A stretch of DNA of 64,000 bases from assembly GCF_021869535.1 (NCBI RefSeq), contig NW_026262745.1, positions 88,722,001-88,786,000 on the forward strand, read 5' to 3'. The notes under the pieces are model-generated. The model was not told where the DNA came from. It worked only from the letters and a program-made list of their open reading frames with translations, and made no database searches. This document shows, in pieces, positions 37,640 through 51,177 of this stretch; within the stretch, counting starts at the first letter, position 1; the number at the start of each line of letters is the position of its first letter. The DNA is from Mytilus californianus (lineage: Eukaryota). Both the position numbers and the translations under genes were made by a program.

Positions 37640-39884
37640 GTAAGTAAAATATTTCTAATTTTACTTTTGTTGAAACGCATATTTTTTTTAGATTAAATTT
37701 CATAATGTTCAAAATGTTTCTGAAATATTTTCCTGGTCGTCATGCAAATGCGATGAGATATAATTGTACATACGTTCCTGTTTGTTTTTCTTTGGGTTTT
37801 TTAACAGTCTTTTCAAATAAAAATCTTAAAAGAGATTCGTCTACATTATTTTAAAGTTAACCAAACTGTTTAAAACATAAACATAATTGATAAGTTTTGA
37901 ACAATGCATGGTGAAAAAATCTAAATTGAAGATTACCTCAAGTGAAAAATGAATTGTAAAAAGAAGTTCCATTTCAAAATTTCTTATGATTATTGATAAA
38001 TTTGCATGCATTAGTGTCTTTTTTTATCATTTCATTTCGTGTCGTCTTTTACCGAGTCTTAAATTTTGTTTTTCTTTCTAAAAATTTTGGTAATGAAGAA
38101 TTCTAGGACCATTTTTGAAAATAATTCAAATTTACAATTACAAGTTTGACAAGTGGTTCAAATTTTATTTTGTTTCCAAGAAATATGCACATTAATAATG
38201 TTATATATTAACAAAGAAGGCAACTCTCAATTACATGACATATTTTTTTAGCAGTAAATTCAACTAAATATAACACATTATAAATACAAATAGATTAATT
38301 TAAGCACAAACTAATTTTTAACTTAATTGCTGAACAAACAAAGTGTGATCAACTAGCTTTTCTGAAGAAGAAAACAAAAACATATCTGGTAAAATTTCAT
38401 GTATTACGCTATGTCGTGTATTACGGTATCTTCCATTCAAAAAATAAGTTCATCGTCAAAATTTTTTAAAAAATGCGTAATTTGCACATTAGTTTTTAAA
38501 ATTACAATAAATATGGAAAACAAAGAAATATAAAAAAAAAGTTTGTTGCAATCTCAGTTTAACGCCAAATATATAGCATATATCAAACGGGAGAGAAAAA
38601 AATTAGGAAAGATAAGATGTATATCCTGATACATTTGGCTCCGTATTATGGAGTTTAATATCAGAAGGATTGCCATGCGAACTTTTGCAATTGATATTGT
38701 ATGTATGCGAATCGATAAAATAGCTAGAAGACAGCCGGAAAAAAACCACCGGTAGTTTTGAACTTTCTTTTATAATTTTGGTCCAGCTAACTTTCGCTCG
38801 GGTACTTTTGGCACCATGGACTTTGAAATATCTTTCAAAAAAGTTCCCTTATCTTACCAAACAAATATTTAGTAAAAAAAAGTAACTTTTTGTAGTTTCA
38901 GAAAATATCAGGTTCATTAAACCAGTTAACAGGAACAAGTGTCAGAAAACCCAGTACGTCAAACTCATTTGTGCCGCTTGACAGTTTGGCAATTGATAAT
39001 TTAACATATTAGAGATGACAAGTATCTTTAGTTGGACACACGATGCCCTCGAGACAGCATTTGACAGATTATATTATGAGAAGTGTTTCATTGTATCGAA
39101 TTGCCAATCAATAACTGATAAAATCTTAAATGAACAATAGTATTTGTAAGATTTAACTGTCCACCTGAATGAACAAACCCGAGTAGGAAATATGATTTCC
39201 TATAGTAATTAATATTTCATTGGAAGTTAAAAGCATAATTCAGGGTAATAGAAGTCAGATCCTAAAGATAATGTGGACATTAAACTACTGGTGAAGACTG
39301 TATGATGAACGCTAGACGTTTTCATATTATTTTAGTTTGACTGGTATCAGTCTCGTCAAAGTTTATTTTACAACACATTTTATGTATACATTGTATCGAA
39401 CACAATCAACATTCTCACACTCTTGTAATCATGTTTTACTAAATTATTAATACGATGAAAATTTATCAATAATAGTAATTGTTTTGATTTGTTGGAAAAT
39501 GAAAACTTTAATCAATATTATTTTATTGGTAAACTTTACAATATGTGACAGTGTCCTGAGGTAAAAATGTTCATCGCTTTTTATATAAATATATTATATT
39601 ATACAGTTATGCAAACTAGTTATCATGTCATATTTTGTTTCCAAATCTAGTGTTTGCTTTCGCATTCTTTTCTTTATATAGTGCATATTGAATTACATTA
39701 AAAGTAAAAAAGAAACTCATCATAGATAACTTGATTAATTGTGTACACCAGACGAGCATGTCATCTACAAAAGAGTCAGCAGTGATCGACACTCGAAAAA
39801 TAAAAGATGGTTTGAATTTTTGAACAACAGTTTAACTATTTTTGTTGAAAGATTTTTTGTTTTACATATTCTTCCGTATAAATC

Positions 39885-40065
39885 CCGCATGTTGCAGGTG
39901 CTCTCCACTCCTATCTTAATTGACTTGTATTGTCAGTTTTCCCACCAAAGGTCGGTGATTCTCTTCAGGCATTTCGACTTACTCTACCAATAAAAAACTG
40001 ACCGCCACGACACAGCACAATATTGCTGAAGTAGGTTTGAACACCAACCAATCAATCAATCAATC
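39885..40065 (+). mobile_element. Decayed SINE remnant, possibly Deu/Nin-domain type
   Basis: ggtcggtgattctcttcaggcatttcgacttactctaccaataaaaaactgaccgccacga...aacacc followed by an (ATCA)n tail resembles, from memory, bivalve SINE cores; not verified. Confidence 0.4.
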
Positions 40066-40398
40066 CTTATACATCATCCTAAAGAAGATTAAGCAGGTAA
40101 TACGATCGCGACCATAATTTTAAAACGCTTATTGAAACGGCTAGGTGAATAACGTGTACTCTCATTCGTTTGACCATTCGCATTTAGCTATTTGACTACA
40201 CTTTCAGAATAATACATCAACCGTTCATGGTAAACATTTGAAAAGTAACAAAACACAAAAAAACTATTAGCAAATATAAACCATAAAACCAAAAATGGCT
40301 TGAACACTAAAGTAATTGGTACCGTTTATACTAAAACCGCAAAACACACTTTTCTGTTGCAGTTGCTTTGATAACAATTTAATTTTAAATTATTGTAG

Positions 40399-40914
40399 GT
40401 CTGGTAGTAGAATTTACATTTTCTTCCACCGATGATGGACAACAAATGACATCTGGCTCAACACCTGATATATTGGATCATGCTGTGTATTTAGATAAAT
40501 ATGGCATCGAGGGTTCAACAATCACTTCTTTCACATTTCAAGTTAAAGCTAGCAGGGATGAAACTATATATTTATCAAGCTCAACCACTATGGATAGCAT
40601 AATGCCGTTCTACGATTTTAATTTTGGTGCACATACTAATACAAAAACACAGCTGGTGCGGCGCAAAGATAATTTATTAACCACACCATTTTCAACGTCT
40701 TGGAATGCTGTAATCGATCGTCATCGTCTGAAAGGTTGAGAATTCAGATATTTCTGGGTGAGTTGGGATGGTGGAGTTATCAAAAATGGACGAGGATCGG
40801 TTATTGGTGATGATATTATTGGTGAATGGACAGATCCAAACCCGTTTTTGGTGAAAAGTATTGGCGTTTTAAACAGTTATAATTCTAACGGCGACTGGAT
40901 AATTCAATCTACTG
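40399..40914 (+). pseudogene. FAMeT-PAN paralog 2, FAMeT-like exon with one in-frame TGA
   Basis: 516-nt exon; ORFs 40446-40739 and 40758-41153 share a frame and are separated by TGA at 40737-40739, where paralog 1 has TCG (Ser). Confidence 0.8.
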
Positions 40915-41362
40915 GTAATTATGCATTTAAAGTACAAAATGAAATAGATATTTATATTTCAATACAGAATTGTCTGTCCATGATGATCAAAGTCAAATTT
41001 ATTTTTAACTTATTTTCAAAATATAAACTTAAAGAGCTCGTCTATCTAATCCTATACGTAACCATTCCTAATTCCATCCGTATCTGCTTACATATATGCG
41101 ACTTTATCTCATTACAGTTGCATGGTGATATTTTCATTATATTTCGTTCTTAATATGTATGCCATCGTTTAGCAAACAATGATTTATTAATTTTCATTCA
41201 TTTTTAGAAGTTTTGATTAGATTTTTCGGACTATTTTTATGGAAATGTTGAAAACTATATGTATGGGGCCAAGTTCAATATTTTACTTAAACAACACATT
41301 AAGCTTGTTTCTCTTTGAATTTTGAACAACATTTCAACTTAGTATTTCTATTTCTTTTGCAG

Positions 41363-41522
41363 TTTATGGAAATGCGTCCAACCATTTTATCAAGTGCGGT
41401 CCATCCGACGAGAGGGTTGATCTTTACGTTTATAAACTAGTGATGCAGCTATCCGTAAAGATATGTGCAATAACATGTAAGACAGATGAAGAATGTATGG
41501 GGTTCAACTACAATGAAAACAG
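41363..41522 (+). CDS. FAMeT-PAN paralog 2, PAN/apple exon 1 (not in the ORF track)
   Basis: 160 nt, ttcttttgcag|...|gtaatg; VYGNASNHFIKCGPSDERVDLYVYKLVMQLSVKICAITCKTDEECMGFNYNEN. Confidence 0.8.
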
Positions 41523-42099
41523 GTAATGTGGTTTTAGATATATACTTGCAGGGCAACAAATAAAGGAAAAGGTGCTTTTTTTTATTCTCTTTTTTTTTCC
41601 ATTTTTATATTTATATTGATCTGTATACTCTTTTTTCAGTAAGTTAAATAATCAATAAGTTAAGATTAAGTTCTAGTTGCATAATTCTTTAAAAATTTAC
41701 TTTCATGAACATAATGAAGTTAAAAAACAAACGCAATGAAAGTTAACAAAGCACACGTACTATGATTAACGCTTTATGGTAAGCTCGTGTACTATAAAAT
41801 TTGAGACCTAGCTTGAAAATTTGTTTTTCCTCCGGGCAGAATTAACTTTTCTTTGTTTTATTGTTTATTTAATAACTTGTTGTAAATTATTTCTCAAGAA
41901 ATAAGGCAAAAGTCAAAAGGTTTCGGCCAAACAATCGAAAAAGCCATACCGAATCGTACATTTATGTCAATTTAGTCGTTTATTCTCTTTTGTTTCATTT
42001 TAAATTATTGTGTTTTTGTTGTTATTTTTTTTTTTTTTTTTTTTTTTGTGATATGATAAAGTGCCATTGTTTTGAAAATAATAGTGTATTGTTTTACAG

Positions 42100-42223
42100 T
42101 TGTGAGCTGCTTTCTTTCGGACAAAATGTCGTGACTGCTATTCCCAAGATGTCAGAAATTGGATGGGGGTTTTATACGAAGTGGTACGTTGAACGACATG
42201 CATTTCTTGTTTGTTTATTGTGA
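42100..42223 (+). CDS. FAMeT-PAN paralog 2, last exon
   Basis: Intact acceptor gttttacag; CELLSFGQNVVTAIPKMSEIGWGFYTKWYVERHAFLVCLL*. Confidence 0.8.
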
Positions 42224-43605
42224 AGCAACTACAAAAACTTTTACAAATGACATGCTTGGCTTCGCATTTTGTGCTGCCTCCGCTATCCGATTGTTATTCT
42301 CTGTAACGTATCATTAGCTTGATAGCTAGTGCTTGTACAATATCAGGATAGTACTTTGATGCAAATACGATAGATGTTTTCGTTTATCTAAACATCTAAA
42401 ACTTATATTCATATTGTCGTCAAGATGCACAGATATTTGGACGGCTTTTTGTTGGTTTTTGTTATAGTTTTTTTCCTGAACAGATTTTTATGCATGCAGA
42501 TGTCATATATTTCATATATTTTTCATATATTTCCTTTTATTTCGAACACATCTGATAAGAAAACCCTGAATAGTATTTGTTACAATACTCACCTTCTATA
42601 TAGATTACATGAAAAACAAATGTTAGGGAAATATCAAAACATGAAAAGAAAACATGTTACCTATAAAGTACTTTATATGAGCATATGTTTTGTCAGCAAA
42701 AATGCGTTTTTTCCTAGGAAAACAAAACATTTGATTACAAAAATAACTAAAATATTAAAGCACGATAAGCGTACATTGTTTAGCAGTTGTTGTTGGCCAT
42801 ATATGTCTGTAATTAAAATTCAGTGAACCTTACCAAACGTGTCTCTTCCTGGGTTAGGAGACTAAACGTGAATATGTCAAGTTATATCCATATTTTTTTA
42901 CAATTTTTTTTTATTTCAATTTGGCTTTCATGAAAATAACATTCTATCAATTTCGTCGATGTAGACGCTTTTCTGAATTGACATTGATCAAAAAGCTCAA
43001 ACCATGGGGTTCGTCATAATCTTTTTTTGCAAATATGGTCGTATTTACATGACAAATTTTACAATTAATACAGACATATTTGTGCACCTTTTAAGTTTTG
43101 AGGCAGGGGAGGAACTTCATTATCAGAATATAAATGCATTTTATGTTTCATAAATATCAAAACTTTCCTGGATTTTATAATGATATTTCTCGTTTCAACA
43201 GAAGGTGCCAATAAACTAAGTGTGCATGGTTGTTTGGGATGATCTGTAATAATTGCAGTAAACTGTATTGACTGACGGGGGGAATAGAGGGGTAAAAGAT
43301 AATGTACAACCATATGTTATCTAAACTGTATAAATGAGTGGACCGCATCAATGAAACACAGTTGTTTATTTTGGCACCTACTGTGGACGAATAAAAAAGA
43401 ACCTCAATCTTTGTTATTTATTTTCAGAAACGTAAAATGCCTTTGATATTTAACTATCTAGTTCCTGTTTTGCCTTAAATCTTTTCCAGTTTCACAGGTT
43501 TTTCTGTGTAAACACAACAACTTTTGTTTAATATATTCTGATGAATGTAATATGTAACAAATGAGAAGCTAGTGGTATTGACCCTATGCAGGTTAATGAA
43601 AATAT

Positions 43606-43925
43606 CGTCCAAAGCGAATTTTCTTGATTGACTTTCATAAAGAACGCTTAAACCCAAACACTTGAAGCCTAGGATGTATGAGACCTACTCACGTGAAGAC
43701 CTATACGACCAAATAGAATCTAAAAAATATCCGAAGTCATCTAAGTTCAATTTTTCCTCCAGAGGGAGTTTTAACCTTAGTTTCTTAATTTAACACGGTA
43801 AATTTATAGAAAACATTCAATTTGTTAAAAATTAATATCAATACCGAAGCACGGACTAATGATGTGAAGATACATTTGTACCCTTGGGGACAATAGTTCA
43901 TCAGCAGTTGTATCTATCCATTGCT
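43606..43925 (-). mobile_element. Decayed family B hammerhead repeat unit
   Basis: Motif remnant cgtccaaagcgaattttcttgattgactttcataaagaacgc (43606-43648), body similar to 27610-27770, then the shared module at 43838-43908. Confidence 0.55.
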
Positions 43926-44924
43926 AGTAAATGAAAATAAATTCGTAGAACTTAAGATTTTACTAAGTAGTTTTGGTGATAAAAGTATTTTTGCTCAAAT
44001 GTTATTTGTTATGTTTTTTGTCTTTTTAAACAAATAATGCATTATATGAAAAAATGATAACAACTATGATACCAAATATCACATCATTCGTTTACATTGA
44101 GACTCATTTAAACAGAAGAGAGAACGGAATGACAGATGATTAACGTAACTGATGGCAGATAGCGAAAAACTCAGTTACTTTTCTTTTCTTTTGTGCATAG
44201 TGATTTTGAGTCATGAACTATTATTCCTGGACCTTTACTTTTGCTAAATACATGTATATGATGACATTAAATATATTTTAATCTTAGTATTGAGACAGCA
44301 AACAAAAGATAAAAATCACCAACGACAACTAAAGGTCATCAAATGACAGCTGTCCCGATCTATTTCCATAACAAATTATTTAAAAAACTGAATTACTAAA
44401 CTAATTTTAATGTAAGTATTGTGACAGCAGGTCAATCCGAAAAGTCACAAATACAATGCAGATTAAAGTTGTGCCTAGAAGGAATTCTTTGTGGTATTCT
44501 CTGTGCTATATGGAAAAGCATCATTTTAGCAAAGACATAGGAATATACGATATGGAAATTTTAAGAGCGTACAACCCGTTCCTTTAGTAATATTCAGCTA
44601 GTATCAAAAACCTCAAACGAGATTTACAGTATAATAGACACTTCATCGTTGATTTCACGAGAAATGATTGCACAGGCACAACATGCATGTGCATACAGTG
44701 CATAACAATTGAAAGTACCAGTTATTAACTACTTTGACAAGACGAAAACAAGTTGAAAGGAGAAGCTGGAAAACATTTGTTTTTTAATCTCAGCATGCAG
44801 ATTGAAGACCAGAGAGTGCACACTGAAATATTTCGCCTGTTTTACTTATCATTGCATTGATATAAAAAATTCTGTAATATAAAGGGTTTACCACAAGTAT
44901 CACATAATCAATATTCTATGAAAC

Positions 44925-46260
44925 TGAGGTCAAGGCCAGATGAACCATGCCAGGCAGACATTTACACATTAGAACCATTCCATACAGCAATTATAGTGGT
45001 CCTATCCTTAATAGTACCCGAGAAACAGATCAAACAACAAAATTCTGCTTTTGATATCTGATCAACCGACTAAATTACGAAAACTTATCAATAAAAGTGA
45101 GGTCATGTTCATATCAACCCTGCCAGACAGATATGTACACCTTACAATTGTTCAATAAACTGAATATGATTGATTATAATATTTGAGAAAAAGAACAACA
45201 AAAACTAAACCTGCTCCAATGAACCATGAGGTCAGGGTCAGACGAAAAAAAGGTAAGATTTGTCGTTTAGACACTCTTCCTACATCTTTTTTAATACTAC
45301 TTGTAATATCTTTATTATATAGGCACCTACGTTTCAAAATTGTACTTATATTGTGTCCTAGATTAAACTCGTTCGTTCAGTGTATATCTACTTGTTTTTG
45401 TTTAAATTTCTTTTTAATCGAGTCAAGCCATTACAATTGATATTTTTTAGTGTGCCTTTCTGTGTTGTAATGTTACACTACTGTCTCAGGTTAGGGTGAA
45501 GGATGATGACTATTAGAACTTTTAAACCTGATGCATTAATATGCAACTGTCCTAAGTGAGGAGCCTGTTGTTCGGTGGTTTTTGTTTGTTGGTGTGGTTC
45601 ATATGTGTTTCTTATTTCTCGTTTTTTATATAAATCATACCATTGGTTTTCCTGTTTGAATTATTTTACACTAGTCATTGTACGGCCTTTCAAAGCTTGC
45701 TGTTCCATGTGAGCCAAGGTTCCATTTTGAAGGCTGTACTTTAACCTATAATTGTTAACCTTTGATAAATTGTGACTTGAATTGAGAGTTGTCTCATTGG
45801 TACTAATAACACATCTTCTTATTTATATGTACACCTTACAATCATTTCATATACCAAATATAGTTGACCAATTGCTTTTAGATCTGATAAACTCAAAACA
45901 ATTAAGAAAACTTATCATTGAATAATGAACCATGAAAATGAGGTCGAGGTAAGTTGAATCCTGCCAGATGGACATGTACACCTTATAATCTAAGAAACAG
46001 ACCAAACCACAAAAACTAAACATTGTCCAATTAACCATGAAATTGAAGAGAGTTAGATGAAAACTGCCAGTCAGACATGTACATCTTACAATCATTCCAT
46101 ACACCAAACACAGTTGAACTTATGCTTATAGTATCTGAGATACAAACTTGACCACCTAACTTTATTCTTGACCACTGATCCATGGAATTAGGTCGAGGGG
46201 TCAGGTGAACCCTAACTGACGGACATGTACATGTTGCAAGGAACCAATATACCAAATGCA
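44925..46260 (+). repeat. Degenerate satellite-like array (about 130-170-bp units) interrupted by a SINE-like insertion at about 45300-45825
   Basis: Recurrent gaggtcaaggtcaga...gacatgtacaccttacaatcattccatacacc...atagttga blocks near 44926, 45099, 45228, 45828-45990, 46075 and 46190. Confidence 0.7.
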
Positions 46261-46697
46261 TTGTGGTTCATTGTGTCGTTTTGGTTAATTTCTTGCCATG
46301 TTTTGGGCCTACTAAATATATTCTTACATCATGTCTAAATTCATATTAACATATCGAAAAATTTCAAATTCAATAGATCATAACTGAGGGGTAAAGGCCA
46401 AATAGTATCTATGTATAAACTAATAAAACTGGATAATAAACTTCATTGACTTTCAAATACATAATAGTTTCCTACAGGCTGAACTAATCACAAACTTGGA
46501 CACGTCAATGACCACAATGCTGCCTCCACTCCAACTGTCACCTGTGAGAACACTACAGTTATAACTTTCAGTGTCGATGCCTCTGCTGGTGGACTGATAG
46601 TCCCCGAGGGTATCACCCTCCAGGTAGCCACAGTTCTTAAGTACTGGCATGAAAATATCACTACAAACCATTGAAAGTCTGAAATGGCCTATATTTG

Positions 46698-46955
46698 TAC
46701 TCGACTGTACTGAATTTTACTCGACCAGTCTGAATTGGTCTGAAATTAAATTGATTATACTCGACTGTAGTCTGAACCATACTTAACAGTCTGAACTTGT
46801 ACTCGACTACACTCGACCAGTACTTAACCATTTTATTTGCGTCTGAGCCATGCTCGACCTAGTCTGAACAATGCTCGACCTAGTCTGAACCATACTCGAC
46901 CTAGTCTGAACCATACTCGACCTAGTCTGACCCATACTTGACCAAGTCTTAACCA
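46698..46955. repeat. 20-21-bp minisatellite
   Basis: Core unit agtctgaaccatactcgacct, cleanest at 46841-46955. Confidence 0.9.
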
Positions 46956-47699
46956 ACCTAGACATATTTTTTGTATCTATCTATTGTATTTCATCAATTT
47001 AGGAACTGTTTTTAACAGCTTTTTCCCCTGGCTAGAAATTTGAACAACAATTTGAAATTTAAAATGTATTCAATATTGCATTGAAACCAAAATTTCACAA
47101 TAAACATAATATAAATTCAACACCATATTCATCAACACTTACATATATATATCACCTTTAAAATAAAAATAAAACAAGCTGATCCAATAATCTCAAAACT
47201 GAATTGTGACTAATATTCAATGTAGGACAAAAAGTCACAGGACAAAAAGTCACGGGAAATAATATATACCCGATTGAGACTGATAAAGTCCAATTTACTG
47301 CATTATTTCTAAAGGTTGTACACATATATATTTAAATAAAGTTGCAAATGCTGTCAAAAAGATTGCCATTTATTATTATTCAGAAGCGATAATACATTCA
47401 ATTGTTATGTAAATATTCCTTGTTAATTTATTGTTCTGTTACTTCTCTCTTTTGAACAAAAACCACTTTTGACATCTGAAACATATGATTACATAGTAGG
47501 ACATACATAGATACTAATATTTTATAGTTGTTTAAACATTTTCAAACTCCACTTTTCCTTTGAGTTATGAAGAAAACGTAGCATATTTCTATCTTTTACC
47601 GGCAGATAAGTTGTATGTATAAACAAGGACAGTAGCTTGATTATTTTGTTCTCGTGTAGTACATAAAACACTTCAACATTAAATGCCTATTTTCGGTGT

Positions 47700-47772
47700 C
47701 TGACAAAACAATACACACTAACCTTGTGTTGAGGCATTCATGAATTGCGCGTAGTGTGTATTGTTTTGTCAG
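47700..47772. repeat. Perfect 21-bp inverted repeat with 31-nt loop
   Basis: ctgacaaaacaatacacacta (47700-47720) / tagtgtgtattgttttgtcag (47752-47772). Confidence 0.92.
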
Positions 47773-50700
47773 GACATCCCAGAATTTGTATTTTTAAAGA
47801 ATTTAATGGGATTTAATCATATTGATCGAAATGTCAAACCCAATGCTTAAATCAAATTCCTCATAGAAAACGTGAAGAAAAAAATGCATTTCTTTTTCTA
47901 TGATAATATATAGATTAGATATGTTAAAGATTCGTGTCACCATCTGAATAAACTACTATTTGTTATACCCAGGTAAAACAATGTATCAATCTGTTAATGG
48001 TTGTTAATTACCCCGCACTTGAAAAAAAGTATTATATACGTGTAGCATGAAAATCTATGATTTAATTAAAATAAACGACAGGAATCATAAAAACAAAAGC
48101 ATTATTATAAGACATTACGTACGAAATTAATATAGATAATATTAACACAGATAAATTTAAAAAAAAGGGCGAATACACACAAATATAAAATAAATTTACC
48201 CACAACTCGAACAGTCGCTGAAATTTAGGAATATTTATAGGTATAAATAAAGTATAGTATTTCATGCACATCATAACTTGCCACTCAAATTACGTATAAC
48301 TTTTCATTCAGATTTATAAATTAAGCTTGAACCGTGAAGAAAAACATACTTATAGTTTACCACTGAAAAACATAACTTTATATTGTATCCTTGATTTTTG
48401 TCCTTTGTGATGTTAACGTCCCTAAACGTGTTAATGTTGTAAAACATAATGTGTTACTTCTTATTAAATATGACTTATGTGTTATTAAACTAATATTAGT
48501 TCAGTATTACTGAAGTCAATATAACTTAACGATTTGTAGATTTTCTATTTGTTATCTACTTTTTTTATATATAAATATAAAGCCTTCTTATATTTAATCA
48601 TGATCAGCTTTTCTTGTTTACCGACATCAAATCAGAATGTTTCAATTTCAAGATTGCTTCCTAAACTGTAATGACGAGAAGAACCAAAGCGTATAAGTCT
48701 AGAGTTCGATTACTATCTGAATTGTGTGGTCACTGTTTTTTTGGAACCTTGATTTTGACTTTGGTTTTTCTTTGGTTTAATATTTAGCTATGCTCTATTG
48801 TATGGAAAATACATCGTTAATGTTTATATATATACAAACTTACAACGTGTTTCCTTGGCCACACCAACTGTAAGATACAACATGAACATGATCTCGATTG
48901 TTATGGAATAAATTTGCATATTATTCGTTAAAATGTATTGTTTTTCGAATTACTAATATACATATATATCTTTATATCTGTGGTACTGAGGGCACGGCTT
49001 CTCATTTTACTGTTTAGAATTGATATTGTGTCACCATATATAAACTTATATATAATTGCTTGGTTAATTAAAAGGTTTTTAGTTTGTTTGTACAACCAAT
49101 GCTTACTAATGTGCCTGTTCAGTGTTGAAAAATTTGGCCTAACATATTGATTTTTACGCGTGCTCATCTATTAAGCAAATGGAACATTTTGTTTGAGGGT
49201 TTTCATTTAACTTATGCACAGAAAAAGCAGAAAGAGAATGGTTGTATTGAAATGTTTCAGACATAAATAAAGACAGTGTGTTTGAAGAGTTTGAGTATAA
49301 TTATCACACAAAGATTATGTTAAACATCAACATACAATCTTCTACAATAAATGGAAGCGAAAACTATATGTTTAGGTTCACGTAAGACTACCATATACAT
49401 GCAGTGAATTTCGTCGTACATAAAACACAATACAATAGATAAAATTGGCTTTCGTTAAACATGTTAAAAAATAAAAGTAAAATTGTTTTCAGTTCAAAGA
49501 TTTCATCATCAACATTTTTTTTACAAAGAAAAAGAGTTATAAACCCTGTACCCACAGACACATGTCTTGCCTTTATGTAAAATAGTACGTTATCAATTGT
49601 GACACAAACTTGTGAGCTTCTTTTTCAAATTCAGAAGATAACAACGACACATCCATGCAGTGAATTTCGAACATACTAATTTTGTCGTACATAAAACACA
49701 ATATAACAGATACAATTAGCTTTCTTTACAATATAACAGTAAAATATGTATCGTTTTAAAATCAAATACATCATCCAAAAAAGTTTGTTTTGAAAAGGAT
49801 TAATAATAACTGATACCACAGACATAAGTCTCAACTTTATGTAAAAAGTATAAAAAATATATCGAACTTCAAGACAATTTTGATAATATAATATAATGCA
49901 AAACTTTGAAAATCAATGAACCATGACTAAAGGTGCAGTGTCAAATAACCTGCATCGAAATAAAAACTACAGATGCTCATAAAACCGAATACTAAATACC
50001 GTTGACTTATCAATAAGTGGTTCCGTTTTAACTAACACAAACAAAAACTTTAATTTGCAACATATGCACAGATTTCAGAGTCAATGAATCATGATAAGGG
50101 GGGTGGCCATAAAATCTCCATGGAAACAATTTCCTGCTAATAATCAACGATAAAATGTTTAGGTGTTAAAATATATGTGTATGAAATTCATTGAACGTTA
50201 ATTATTTATGATTTTCAAGATTTGCGATACTTACCTCGGATGACTGAAATAAAAAAAAAACACAAAATTAAAGAAAATTATCAGTTTCTTCAAGCGATAA
50301 GAGTACAATTACATGTAACAAACAGTACAGTGAAATATTTACAAATGATAGAATGTTGATATTAATTTGTGTTAAAAAAAAGACTGTTTGGTTTAAATCT
50401 ACAAAGTTATACATAAATAAACGAGACAAATCGATACAAAAACTAAACTAGTAATACTTAAAAGTACAACGTTTCTGATATGCATGTAGATAAAAAAGTA
50501 CAGTATTTACGAAAATGAGACAGCCCATCAGAACACGGCAATACACAGAAAAAGTATCATCATCAGATGCTGTGAATTGCAAAACACTGAATTACACAAT
50601 TTCATTATGTTAATCATGATAAGAACATCTTTAAGTAGTATTTACTGAAAAACAGCTTATTATACATGTATAATAATCATGTTTAATGTGATATATAGTT

Positions 50701-50776
50701 CGGTATGGCAAGGAATTTCATATTCAATATATGAATATACAATGGAAAATAGGTTTAACTTTAAAGAGACAACAAC

Positions 50777-50780
<4 letters not shown>

Positions 50781-50824
<44 letters not shown>
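50781..50824. repeat. (TA)22 microsatellite abutting the 540-bp array
   Basis: Direct reading. Confidence 0.97.
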
Positions 50825-50827
<3 letters not shown>

Positions 50828-51177
50828 AAGTCTAAATTGAAAACAACGTTCAAACCTATAGTTGCGTTGGATAAAAACCGCAATTTTTATACGTGTGCAT
50901 GCAAAAACAAATTTCTTGTTAGAGGGGTCTAAATACAGCACAAACAACATTTTCCAAAAGACCAAAAAAGTGAAAAGTATATTTTAACAAAACGCATTTG
51001 ACTAACAGGTCGAACAACAAATGTTCTTTAACCCCGCTGACTGCCATTGGCGATTGCCAAATAAACGGATCACAAGGTGTAATAAATGGATCTTAATTAA
51101 AAATTTAATACCAAACAGAAAACAATAAACTTGCGGCAAAGATGGTATACCGCAAACAAAGGTGCAAAGATTTTTGT

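Noticed and set aside
42224-42420. Possible SECIS after FAMeT-PAN paralog 2 (ATGAC at about 42247)
   Set aside because: No apical AA motif or matching GA quartet at the expected spacing by eye.
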